From assembly GCF_009834535.1 (NCBI RefSeq), contig NC_045696.1:744001-808000 (forward strand): 64,000 nt of DNA, in the 5' to 3' direction. A program made the translations under genes and the position numbers. Numbering within the stretch: the first letter of the stretch is position 1; every line of letters starts with the position of its first letter. Source of the stretch: Camelus ferus (lineage: Eukaryota). Shown here one piece after another: positions 36,065 through 48,898 of this stretch. The notes beneath the pieces are model-generated. The model saw nothing but the letters and a program-made list of their open reading frames with translations. It was not told where the DNA came from and searched no databases.

Positions 36065-36900
36065 CTAGGAAAAGGGACAGGAGAGGGAGAGAGAGCATTA
36101 GAGCAGCTTCGCAGCGTGACAGTTGTGAGGCCTCCTTCCGAGCCCGCCCCCCCAGGCCCCCCCGCCTGCCCCGGCCCCTCAGGTCCTCCACTAACCACTG
36201 CCCGAAATACAACCCCCGGCAGGAGGCAGCGGGCTCCTGCGGAGTGTGGGTCTCGGGCGGGTGAGACCGGAGGACTTGACCCCGTCTGCGCATGCAGACG
36301 ACCAGACAGAGGCCAGACAGACGGCCGCCCTGCTCCCCAGGTGTCAGCCTGGGAGCCGCGCTCTGAGCCTCCTCCTTTAATCCTCGGGAAATAGCCCAGT
36401 GCCTGTGGCTCCGCCCGGCCTGCAGTGATGTTCAGGGGCCATCATCACAGGAAAGTTCGAAACATTCAGCTTCACTGTTTAGAAACAGGGCTGTCTTTTA
36501 ACGAAGCGTAGAGTCTGAATGGCGTTCCAGCCGCGATGCGGTTTGCGCCGAGTCCCTCTGACTAGTCTGCATCCAGCAGCACAGGACCCTCATCTTCGGA
36601 TGAACACTATTCAAGTGCCAGAAGTCTGCCGCTTTGGGTAAAGTCAGAGCAATCGGTCCACCCTGTGCCCTGGTTCACCCGCCTGCCCTGGGAGCAGAGT
36701 CCACCGGGCTGTGAGTCCGTCAGTTGGAGGCTCCACCAGCCAGAGGCAGAGTGCAGGGGCCAGGGCAGCCTGTCCTCGCCTGCAGTTCTTGAAGCCACTG
36801 CCCACTCAGGCCCACCCACAGGTAGGGATGTGGGGACAGGAGAGTGGTTGGCAGCTTCAACTCTGCAGCCTAGGCCACACCATGCCAGTTGTCCATGCCA

Positions 36901-37020
36901 TGTGACCTTGGCCTGCTGTGTGACCTTGACCTGCCGTGTGACCTGGGTCTAGCTGTGAGACCTAGACCTGCTGTGTGACCTTGACCTGTTGTGTGACCTT
37001 GGCCCAGCTGCGTGACCTTG
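36901..37020. repeat. 18-19-bp minisatellite (tgtgaccttgacctgctg) x~6.5
   Basis: Periodicity directly visible. Confidence 0.85.
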
Positions 37021-38589
37021 CTGTAAAGCAGAGAGGGCTGCTTCAAGGGCCCGTGAGCTGATGGTGAGGGGGTAACACTGAGCTCTCGTCTCCAGCATGT
37101 CTGCGGGTATGACTGGCCAGGGACTCTGTGTGGGCTCAGGGCAGACTTGGCTCAACACGGTTTGGAAGCGTGACTACACTGAGAATGAGCTGAGTGACCG
37201 TTTCCACTGTGAGCAAGGGCTCAGTCTGGTTGCTGCCTGCCCTCCAGCCCCGAACTGGGTGGTAGGCTCCCTAGCCCTCAGCCTCAGCTGGTCACCCCCG
37301 CTCCACAGTGCCCTCTGACCTACAGATGGCAGTGCTGGGAGCTCTGCTGGGCCCTCTGGCTGTGACTCCCAGGTCCAGCTCTCCGGCGGAAGAAGGCCTG
37401 CTGAGCACAGCCCCGCTGCCAGGCCCGCGGCCCCGACACTCATGTCCGCACACTCCAGCCACACCTCCGGCAGCCCTCCCTCAGTGGGGACTTCAGGGGT
37501 GGAGACTCCAGTCCCTCCACGTTGAAAATCGGACCCGCTGCTTCCAGGCGCCATGACGTCTCCTCCCGCAAGACGGCTGTGCCGGCTTCCGGGAGATCCG
37601 CGAGACAAAGCCTCAGCCCTGCCCCACAAGGACCGTCACCCATGCTTCAGGGCTGCCATCTCCAGTCAGCACCCCTCCTCCCCTTGCCGGGGAGGGGGCC
37701 TGGCAGCTCCGACCTCGGCCCTGGGGTCACCAGCGCCACCCAGCCAACTGGGTCGGGCCTCTCCTGTGGGGCCCCATCTGACCGGGAGTGCAGCTCAGCG
37801 CCGAGTCCCTCCTGGCCCTGCCCTTCTGAGGGGCCCCCGCCACGGACCAGACGGGCCTGTGTGGTCTTGCTTCTCTGGCGTCTGCCAGACAGTGAGGGGG
37901 GGGGGCCTGCCCGCCACCTGCCCAGGCCCCTTGCGGCCCCAGTGCCGAGGACTGAAGAGTCGGGCCAGCGCTGATCGTCACCGTGACAGGTGTGTGAGGA
38001 AGACTCCAGAATAAAGCGTTTAGAAAAACACTTCTGAGTTCACAGTATCGTACTTCAGGAAGACAAAAACCACACAAATATTTTTTAAAGGAGCTGGACA
38101 TGGTGCTTTAACACCACGTCAACTACAAAAGATGTGTGAACACATAGGTGACCCGAGGCTGATCCTGTGGGAGCCGCTGTCACCTCCAGCATGGGACCTG
38201 GGGCACAGAGGGAGGATGGCCTGGTGGCTGGGACACCCACATAGATATTGGAACCTTTTCGTTTGAGGCATGACGAATTCATTTTCATTTTAAAAAAAAA
38301 ACAGAACTATTGATAGCTTCTCTCAATCTTGCTGCAGTTTGGCTATTGATTGAAATTTAAACCTCAGGTTTTGCCCCCCAACCCCGAATTTTCAGGAGAT
38401 GCTTTTTCCTGCTCAGCTGGGCCTCCTTTGCTTCTCCTGCGGTTAATCCTATTGTCTTTGCAGTTCTGCATTTTCGTGTTTTTCCTAAGATCCTGCTGGC
38501 CCACCTGGCAGGTGGCTCTGATGCCTGCAGGCTGGCCCAGCACAGTGGCGTCCTGCCCACAACGTCCTCCATCCGCATCTCAGCTGAGA

Positions 38590-39137
38590 CCCGCCTCCAG
38601 TGCACACCTGTCTCCAGCGCACAACCGTCTGCAGTGCACACCTGTCTCCAGCGCACAACCGTCTGCAGTGCACACCCGTCTTCAGTGCACATCTGTCTTC
38701 AGTGCACACCCGCCTTCAGAGCACACCCGCCTTCAGTGCACACCCGTCTTCAGTGTACACCTGCCTACAGCACACACCACCTTCAGTGCACACTCGCCTC
38801 CAGCGCACACTCGCCTTCAGTGCACACCTGTCTCCAGCGCACAACCGTCTGCAGTGCACATCTGTCTTCAGTGCACACCCGCCTTCAGTGCACACCCGTC
38901 TCCAGTGCACACCTGTCTCCAGCGCACAACCGTCTGCAGTGCACATCTGTCTTCAGTGCACACCCGCCTTCAGTGCACACCCGTCTCCAGTGCACACCTG
39001 TCTCCAGCGCACAACCGTCTGCAGTGCACACCTGTCTCCAGCGCACAACCGTCTGCGGTGCACATCTGTCTTCAGTGCACACCCGCCTTCAGTGCACACC
39101 CACCTCCGTGCACACCTGTCTCCAGTGCACACTTGCA
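38590..39137. repeat. 17-bp minisatellite (cagtgcacacccgtctt-like) x~32
   Basis: Directly visible; source of repetitive ORFs 38350..39147 and 38600..39154. Confidence 0.95.
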
Positions 39138-39455
39138 CCATTTTTAAGGCCTGATCCTTTGCTGAATGCCCCTCACATCATGAACTAGTAACTATTCATC
39201 TGACTCCAGAAATGAGGGGAGAGGCGTGCACCCCCTTCTCTCCCCAAATCCCCAGTGAAGATGACGGACCCACCCGAGAAGGCAGGAGCCAGCAACTGTC
39301 CCCCAACGGCGCACCCAGGACAGTTCTCATGCACTTTGCCTTGGGCCTGGGTCAGGGACCTGGGCACATTGTCAAGGCCCGGCCCCCCAACAGCCCTAAC
39401 CATGGGAATCCTCAGGGCCTCCGAGCGCCGAAGACTTTGCTGCCTCCAACACTCA

Positions 39456-39878
<423 letters not shown>

Positions 39879-39955
39879 TTAACCTGCGCAGAGGCATCTG
39901 CAGAAGATAGAACTTTTTTCAAATACGTGGAATTCTATCTCTCTGTGGAGTTTTA

Positions 39956-41025
<1,070 letters not shown>

Positions 41026-41169
41026 TCAGCAGCAATGGCCAGGCCTCCCGCCGCGCCCAGCTCGCCTGCCACCAGGGCCCACCAGCTCTGGGCCAGAGCC
41101 GCCAGGAGGCCCCTGGCCTTGACTCTCCCACCGGCCCCAGAACAAGACGCATTCGGGATGCCCACTCAC

Positions 41170-41202
41170 CTCTTCACGCATCTTCTTCACTGTCTCTCCT
41201 TT
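41170..41202 (-). CDS. PCBP3: PCBP3 33-nt exon KGETVKKMREE (KH1)
   Basis: ttccag|AAA...GAG|gtgagt; 11 codons. Confidence 0.95.
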
Positions 41203-42029
41203 CTGGAACAAAGGTTCAGACAAGGCAGAGGTCAAGCAGGCTCCCACCCCAGCGCATCCCGCTGCCTCGTGCGCACTCAGAGGGCGGGACTCCGTGCCCA
41301 ACATGCCATGGCTCCCCGCAGCCTGGAGGCCTGGCCGCAACCTCACCAGGTTGCCCAACAGCCTTGCCCAGGGTTAGAGTTGTAGGGTGAGTGGGCCCGG
41401 CCCCGAGGCCTGACGTGGCTCTAGGCTTGGCCTGGGCACCTGCTCCTCCCCCCACCCCTCCCCTCCTGTCCTCACCATGGGCAAAGTGGGGACCAGGCCC
41501 ACGGGCTTGACTCCCAGGGCAGCCCCTCGAGGCACTTGTGAAGAGGAGCCGACTTGAGCTCTGGGGACACCCCCGGCGTTGAAGGACCACTCACGACCAG
41601 CAGAGCCAGACGTGGTGAGGGTGCACAGCGGGCGGCCTCGCCCCCCCCCCCCCCAGCCAGGCGCAGCGCTTCCAGCCCACCCGCGCTGCCCAGGGGGCGT
41701 TGCTGTCGTCTTAGAATGGACTCTACCACTCGCTGGCCACAGGAGGAAGACTGCTCTGAAGAATGTCAGTGAGAATTCTGACTGGGCTCTTAAACCCAGG
41801 AAGGACCAGCCACCAGGGCAGTCGGGGGTGGGGCGGCCTTGGGGGTTGCTCCCCGGCTCCCTCAGAGCAGCTGAGCCGGAGGCCCCAGGACCAGCCTCGG
41901 GTGGTGCAGCCTGAGGTGAGGAGATAAGGGTTCCGGGGGAGTCCTCACTGCATGTCCAGCGCACAGGGCCACTGCAGCCCTCACTGCCCCCCACAGAGCC
42001 CCCGAGGGCAGAGTTCACGCAATAATTAC

Positions 42030-42053
42030 CTTCCCAATGATGCTTCCAACTTC
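42030..42053 (-). CDS. PCBP3: PCBP3 24-nt micro-exon EVGSIIGK (KH1)
   Basis: cctgcag|GAAGTTGGAAGCATCATTGGGAAG|gtaatt; phase 0-0. Confidence 0.95.
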
Positions 42054-43222
42054 CTGCAGGAAGAGAATCACAGAAAGATGACGTCACAGAGCAGAAGGAG
42101 GAAAACCTGTGACAGATGCGATGAGAGCCCCCACCTCCCAGTCGTGCGTGTGGAAGGGAGAACGGGGCGAGGGGGCAGCCCTGCCTCCGACCGAGCGACT
42201 GACAGACAACAGACAAAGGGAAGGGGAGTGGCCAGCTGCTTTCCAGAGAAACATGTCAACAGGCATCACCTTAAGGCCTCAGGGAAACGCTGCAAGCAAC
42301 AGATTAAAAATAAAACCTCCTCCCATGACTTTGTGATGTAAAAAAGCTCAGCACCGCCACTGCTGCTTGATGTTTCAAAAAACAGAGAACATTCAGGACA
42401 GTCCGGAACGCGCCGCCACGCTTCCAAAGCAGGACCGCCCTGCGGTACCACCCAGGCAGCTCACTGGGGGGCGGGGGGTGGGGATGCGCTGGGCCCCCCG
42501 CTCCCAGCTGCAGAGGGCGCCCTTCACCCTCAAGCCCAACTTCCTTCCCACAGCGCGTCCTTGGGGATGGCAGCTGTCCTGGGGCAGGCTCGGTTCTGCC
42601 AGGCCATGGGACGGCGCGCAGCAGGGCCGGTGGCAGCAGAGGGCAGCTGGGCACAGGGCAGTGGCCACCCCCACCCCCGCCGGCAGTCAGGGCGCCTCCC
42701 AGGAAGAGTCGCGCCTGCGCATCAGGCCAGAGCCCCCGCCAGCCCCGGGCTTCTCGCGGCACAAGCACGGGGCGGACAGAAGACCGAGGACGGACCCTGC
42801 GCTGTTGCGCTGGAACTTGGGTGTGAACTCATGGGGCCCAATATAGAGATAAATGTCGAAATGAATCCTGCACAGACACGTGCACACAGATCAGTGATTC
42901 CACATAAGCACACACGCACGTAAGGACACATATTCCCCAGCTCCATCTGGGACCCGCGGCAGCCTGAGGGCAATGAGCACCCCATGCACCCCACCTGGGC
43001 GTCTAACACAGCCCACCACCCTCCACTCAAGGGAGTCACAGCTTTCTGGAGAAATGGCTGACTCCAGGACCAGAAGGACAGTGAAGACGAGGGCTGAGCA
43101 GCATTTTGTGCCAGACAGCGGGGGAGCGCAGTCAGGAGGACGGGTCCCCCCAAAAGCGCACAGGCAGCCTGGCGGGGCTGCCACGGCCCCCAAGGGGCAG
43201 CAAGGGCACCAGAATAAACAGC

Positions 43223-43652
43223 GGGGGTGCAGGGGCACAGGGCGGGTGCGGGGACACGGGGGGCAAGGGACACGTGGGGGCAAGGGGACACGTGGGGGTG
43301 CAGGGACACGTGGGGGGCACAGGGACACGTGGGGGGGTGAGGGGACACGTGGGGGCAAGGGGACATGTGGGGGGCACAGGGACACGTGGGGGACGGGGAC
43401 AGGGGGGCACAGGGACACGTGGTGGGGATGCAGGGACACGGGGGGGTGCGGGGACACGTGGGTGGCACGGGAACACGTAGGGGGGTGCAGGGACATGTGG
43501 GGGGCACGGGGAAACGTGGGGGTGCGGGGACACAGGGGGGTGCGGGGACACATGAGGGGGCACAGGGACACACAGGCAGTATGGGGACATGCAGGGGGGG
43601 TGGGGACATGCAGGGGGGTGCAGGGACACACACGGGGGGTTACGGGGACACG
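43223..43652. repeat. G-rich ~18-20-bp minisatellite (cagggacacgtggggggca-like) x~22
   Basis: Directly visible; source of repetitive ORFs 42722..43633 and 42973..43662. Confidence 0.95.
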
Positions 43653-44257
43653 CAGGGAGTAATAGGAGCAGCAAGCAGCAAATCCCGCGGCCAGAAGTCA
43701 GGACTGACCGCGAGGGGACGTTCACGCAGCCCCTGGGTGCCCGCCAGCAGCCACTCCCTAATGACTGTGAAGACGAGCGGGGGGACGCCTGGCAGGCGCC
43801 CCCAACCAAGTGACACCCTGACGTCTGGGCCACCTGACAGGCAAGCTCCTGCGACACTCCTGCGGCGTGAGGGAACGTCAGAAAGAGCCAGAGTGAGGGG
43901 CATCCTTTCTACAAAAGAACCGGCTGGAAGCTTCCAACAGTGACAGTGAAAGGCAGGCCGGGGAGCGTCCTGTTTGGAGGGTGGCACTGGGATGACCCGT
44001 GGACTTGAGAGGGTCCCAGGCTGGGAGCCGGAACACAGCCTGACCAGGGGGTGGCCAGGGTCTGGAGGAGACTCCCGCGTCCATGGGAGCAGGTGATGGG
44101 GCAGCAGGCGGCTGGCTCGAGCTCGAAAGGTTCTGGAGCAGCGTCACCTGGATGGTACTGCAGCCGCTTTGTGAGCTGAGAGTGCTTAGAATTTAAAAAG
44201 CCTAATACAAAACAGGCCCCGCGGTGGGCACGCCCCCCACACCACCGCGGCCTGTAC

Positions 44258-44412
44258 CTTTCCGTGCATCAGCAGGCGGATTGTCAGCGTCACGTTCAGG
44301 CCACCTTCTGAGACCTTGGACTCCATCTTTCTTCCAAAATGCAGCTGGGGGTGGCGGCTCAAGGTGCCGAGGGTGCCGTGAGGAAGGACAGATGGGGCCC
44401 AGACAGTGTCAC
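44258..44412 (-). CDS. PCBP3: PCBP3 coding exon (155 nt): (G)DTVWAPSVLPHGTLGTLSRHPQLHFGRKMESKVSEGGLNVTLTIRLLMHGK; internal ATG of the short isoform at 44326
   Basis: Acceptor tcttgcag|GT and donor AAG|gtacag; open frame; start of KH1. Confidence 0.93.
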
Positions 44413-46340
44413 CTGCAAGAGAGGCACGTGTCAGGTGTCCGGCGGCACGTCAGCACTGCCGCTGGTGACGGGAGGAGGCCCGGGGGGCAGAGGCGTCCCA
44501 GCGCCCGGGCAGCATAAGGCAGGGGCGGCACCTGGGGGCCCTGGGCGCACAGCAGGGGAGCAAGCCCAGGGCAAGCCTGCCAGGGAGTGATTGGGCCCCA
44601 CCTCGTGGCCTGGGCAGGTCCTCAACCCCTCAGGCCTCAGCGTCACCTCTGTGATGAGGGAACCGGAACAGCTCTCTCGGGGTGACCTGGCAGGCCTGGG
44701 GGCCCCGGTGCGTCTAGAGAGCGTCTGCGCAGCTATTACGTGAGTTCTGCCCATTTCCCACCACGTCTGCACAAGAATCCCCCCTCCGCCCTTAAAAAGC
44801 CAAGCAGTTACAGGCGCTGGAGCTCCCTTTGTGTCTGGAGCCCAGATTCCTTAGCCAACCTCACTGCTGAAGTGGACTTTGTCTCTGTTCACTGAATGGC
44901 CAGACAACTTTACAAAGTTTTTGGAAAACCCTTAAGTACCCCATCACTGGCCTGTTTATGGTATAATTTCTGCAATCTGTCCAACACTTGGCCCACCAGG
45001 CAAAATTTAGGCTCTGCTTTACAGGCGACGGAGAAAGGGTGCCGTGCACGTGGGGTCTGGGCCTGACTGAGCCGAGGACAGAGCCGAGCAGTCCGTACGG
45101 GGTCCAGGCCGAGGGACAAGTCACCCGTGGCGGTGTGCAGCATGGCCACGCAAGACGAGACGAAGCAGGGAGGCCAGGGAGGACTCGGTGAGCAGACGGC
45201 AAAGCTGCACCTGGAGACGGGTCATGAGGTGGGGGTGGGGGCCTCTCTGGGGAGTCTGTGCCCGTGTCTGCGTGATGCACGGATGGAGCTGCACAGCTGC
45301 CCGCCCGGGGCCAGTCTCACCAAGGGACAGCTGCAGCCGAGAGTGGCCACACAGTTATGACAGCAAAGTGCTGCTTGGGGGACTGAGGGGAGGGAAGGCC
45401 TGGCTGTGGCACGGTTCCGGATGACCGGCCCAGGTCCAGGGCCCAGGGGGTCCACGAGGGGCCAGGAAGCGGCCGTGGGAGGAGACACATGCACCTGCCC
45501 AGGTGTCTACCTGAGATGGGCAGAGATGTGGGGACGATGGCAGACAGGGCCTTGGAAGCCTGGAGTGGAGCCAGGGGCCGGCCCTGCTCTGCACACAGTC
45601 TCACTTAGCCCCTTGCTGACTGAAAGGCCCACCGCCCGCTCGGCTGCCGGATCCCTGCAGGAGCAGAAGTCCTGGGACCCCCAGGCACCCCCCAAGCACA
45701 CGGGGCGTCTGGACCCTGGCCTTTGATTTAACCTGTAGAGATAGGAGGCTCAGGCCACATGGGAGAGACTACAGGGTAAAGAAACAGACTTTCCTTTAAC
45801 CTTGTAGGTTTCTTGGACAAAAACTTGTTTTTATCCTCTTCAAAATATCCCTGTTGAAGATATGTTAAAAGGCAAACACAGAAACAAAGCACCTTCCCGT
45901 CAGCCGGGCGACGCGAGTCGGGAGAGCCCTGCACGGAGCAGCCACGGATGCTGGCGGACCCGAACCAAGAGCCCGGCCACGGAGCCGCTTCCCCAGGCAC
46001 CGACGACTGGCCGTTCGCGCTGGCGTATTCACAGGCAGCTTCAGCAAACTCAGACTATTACTTCTAACTATTCGTGGTAAAACAGCACTTTCGAACAACC
46101 AGGATTTAGCCTAAAGGTGTAATTCACGGCAAAGAGCGTTGAAGAAACGCCTCCTCACGCACTGATGGGCCAGGACAGCAGCCACCAGCCCCTCGCATTC
46201 TTTCTGTTTGAAATAAAACCTCCACGATCGCGTGTTCAGTGCTGAAGGGCAGAGTGAACGTCTCGGGCCCCGCAGGCTCTGAGGGACGGCGCGGTCCGCA
46301 GGCTGGGTGGTGAGCACAGCGTCGCAAACAAAGACCCCAG

Positions 46341-46360
46341 AAAGGAGGGGGGCGCTAGTG
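46341..46360 (+). promoter_or_regulatory. CTCF-like motif
   Basis: aggaggggggcgctagtg matches the 3' half of the CTCF consensus (AG[G/A]GGGCGCTA); the 5' CCA part is mismatched. Confidence 0.35.
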
Positions 46361-47479
46361 CTCCTCCCCGCAGCCCCCCCGCGGCAACTGGCAGGGCCCT
46401 TCTAAGCTTGGAGTGCGTGGGAAGGCTGAGTTACCAGCACAGATAAACCGGCCACGCGGTGGCCAGGCTGGGGCGCCCTGCCTCCTTAATCAGAAGCCTC
46501 TCCTCCAGTGTCAGAGGGACAGCAGGGCCCTGTGGCCATCTGTTATGTAAATGCGTCCAGCCCACGGTGGAGAAAGTGGGTCAGCGAGAGCCAGGGGTGC
46601 TTCGGGCTCCGGGCTGTCAACTGCCATCAGTCACACAGGCCGGTGAGCAGCTGCGCCTGCCCTCCTCGGTGGCCGGGGGTGAGCGGAACCGGCCCGCGGT
46701 AGACCGGTGGGAAGGAGCAGTCCCCGCAGCGTGAAGGTCACCCGGGCCTCATCACCCCGGCTGGGCAGCTTCCCCAGGACCATGGGGCTCAGGCCGCCCT
46801 GCCAGGCCCTGGGACACTCTCATCAGAGGCAACCCCTAGCGTGCCCAGCCTTGCTCCCACCCGAGGGCCATTCGGGGTGCCCGGAAGGAAGCAGGGGACA
46901 CACTCCCGTGGGCATAGCCACCCTAAACCCGGTCGGACGGCCAGTCCACCAGGGAAGACCTCTTTCCGTGACTCACTCCCCCCACACTCGGTATTTCAGA
47001 AACCGGCAGACCTCCGTGGCTGGCGAGGCCCCTCCCCCCGTCCTCCTCAGTGCCGGGGTTCAGTGTACTTTAATTCACTCAAGGAGACTGGCAGGGCCCC
47101 TTCTCGCCCAGGGACGTCTGTCCAGTCCGTGGTTTAAACGCTGCTTTGAGCTGACACCGTCCACAGATACGCCTGAGGCCAGACCACGCCCGCCCCACTC
47201 CCGGGGTGCCCTGACCTCCGACAGATGCCCCGGTGCCACCCGTGCAGCCCTCCCCCGCACCCGTCTCCCAGGAGCCAGGCCACCGTCTCCATGTCCTGCT
47301 CAGCCCGAGCCTGGGCACAATGACCCTTCTCTGACCCACCTGCCAGCCTGCTGGCAAATCCTGACACTCGGGGCAGGGCTCAGTTCCTCTTTTCCAGGGT
47401 CTTCAAGAAGAAGTTGGTGGCGTGGACTTAAAATCTTACTTTTTGTCTAATACTGTCATTTACTTTTATACATGTCTCT

Positions 47480-48290
47480 CTTCACACGGCTTTAGCCTCA
47501 CCCCACAGATGTTTACATTTGCACCCCCTCCCCACTGCTCGTTCCAAAATGCTCCCAAATTTCTCGTGTCTTCTTTTCTAATTCATGTGATATTTCAAAG
47601 AGTGTTACTGGGTTTCAAATATTTGGAGATTTTCTAGATACTAGCTGTCTTTTGTTGAGCTCGAATTTAATTCCATTATAGTTAGACAACACACTTTGTG
47701 ATACTTGGGCTGTTTTAACTTTATTGAGACTTGCTGACGGGCCGGACCGGGGTCCGTCTTGTGTGGCTGAGGGGAGCGGTCCACACGCCAGCTGAGCGCG
47801 TTGGCTGGTGCCCCGGACCAGTGTTCTGCAGGCTCACGCTCTCCATCTAGTTACTGTCAAGTGCTGAGTGGGGTGCTGACATCCCCGCCTGTGGCGGTGG
47901 ATTGGTCTGCCTCCCCTGCGGCTCTGTCGTGTTCTGCTTCGTGACATGGAGCTGCATTATGAGCACCACATGTAGCACTGCTGTGTCCTGTTGGTGAACG
48001 GACCCCTGTATCACCAAGGATCACTCTGCCTCTGGTGACACTCTTGGCTCTGAAATTTACTTTACTGACCAGTGTTGGCAGACACCCAGACTCCTACTGA
48101 CCAGTGTTGGCATGGCGTATCTTCTTTCACCTTTTATTTTTAACTTAGTTATGTCTTCATATTCAAAGTGAGTTGCTTGCAGGCAACATATAGCTGGACC
48201 TTGCTTTTTTTATCTTATTTGACAACCTCTGCCCCTTAACCAGGGGGGATTCAGACCCTCGACAGTGGCTGCTGACGCAGCTGATGTACG
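47480..48290 (-). mobile_element. Old antisense L1 ORF2 (endonuclease-region) remnant
   Basis: tttcaaatatttggagattt..., aatttaattccattatagttaga..., ttattgagacttg, caaagtgagttgcttgcaggcaacatatagctgg. Confidence 0.75.
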
Positions 48291-48777
48291 TCTGTCATTC
48301 CACAGTCTCTTTCCTATTTTTACCATCTGTCCAGGGATGAAACAGCCCAGGAAGGTACATTCAGGAAGCAAAATAACGGCTATTTGACACACGAACTTTA
48401 TAATCATCACGTGTATAAAACACATTTATTACACTTCACTCAGAAGTCACGGAGGAGGTCAGAAGTCAGCATCCACAGGTGCCTCCTGACGGCCCCCTCC
48501 AGGGACACCAGCGCATGTGGCCCAGGAGACAGGGCATCACAGCCCAGGGCCAGAGCCAGTGCTGGGCACCCCTCCTGCTCTTCCCCCTGGGAACACACAA
48601 AGGCAAGAGGCAGGTTGAAATGAGCAGCCTCCTGCGTGGCTGGTAATTAACAGCTTTGTTTGTTAACTAAACAAACGTTTCCTTGGCAGTCACTAAGCTC
48701 CAGGTGCCGTGCTGGCCTACAAAGGGACATGAACAGCATTCTTCCCGAGGGAGGCACCGGCCTGCTGAGCAATCCTC

Positions 48778-48898
48778 GTGGAGGGTGTAGCTCAGTTGGT
48801 AGAATGCTTGGGTTCAAGACCCAGTACCTCCAATAAACGAGTGAATAAACAAAAAACCTAATTATCTCCCCTCAAAATAGCAAAACTTAAAAATAAAA
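48778..48898 (+). mobile_element. tRNA-derived SINE (camelid type) with an internal deletion
   Basis: GAGGGTGTAGCTCAGTTGGTAGA...GGGTTCAAGACCCAGTACCTCC and tail aaacctaattatctcccc. Confidence 0.85.

Noticed and set aside
38350..39188. Repetitive ORFs and a superficially CRISPR-like array
   Set aside because: Contiguous 17-bp tandem units with no unique spacers and no cas genes, in a mammalian intron.
42722..43857. Long Pro/Cys- or Gly/Thr-rich ORFs (229-303 aa) on both strands
   Set aside because: They are translations of a stop-free G-rich minisatellite, open in several frames, with no coding signature.
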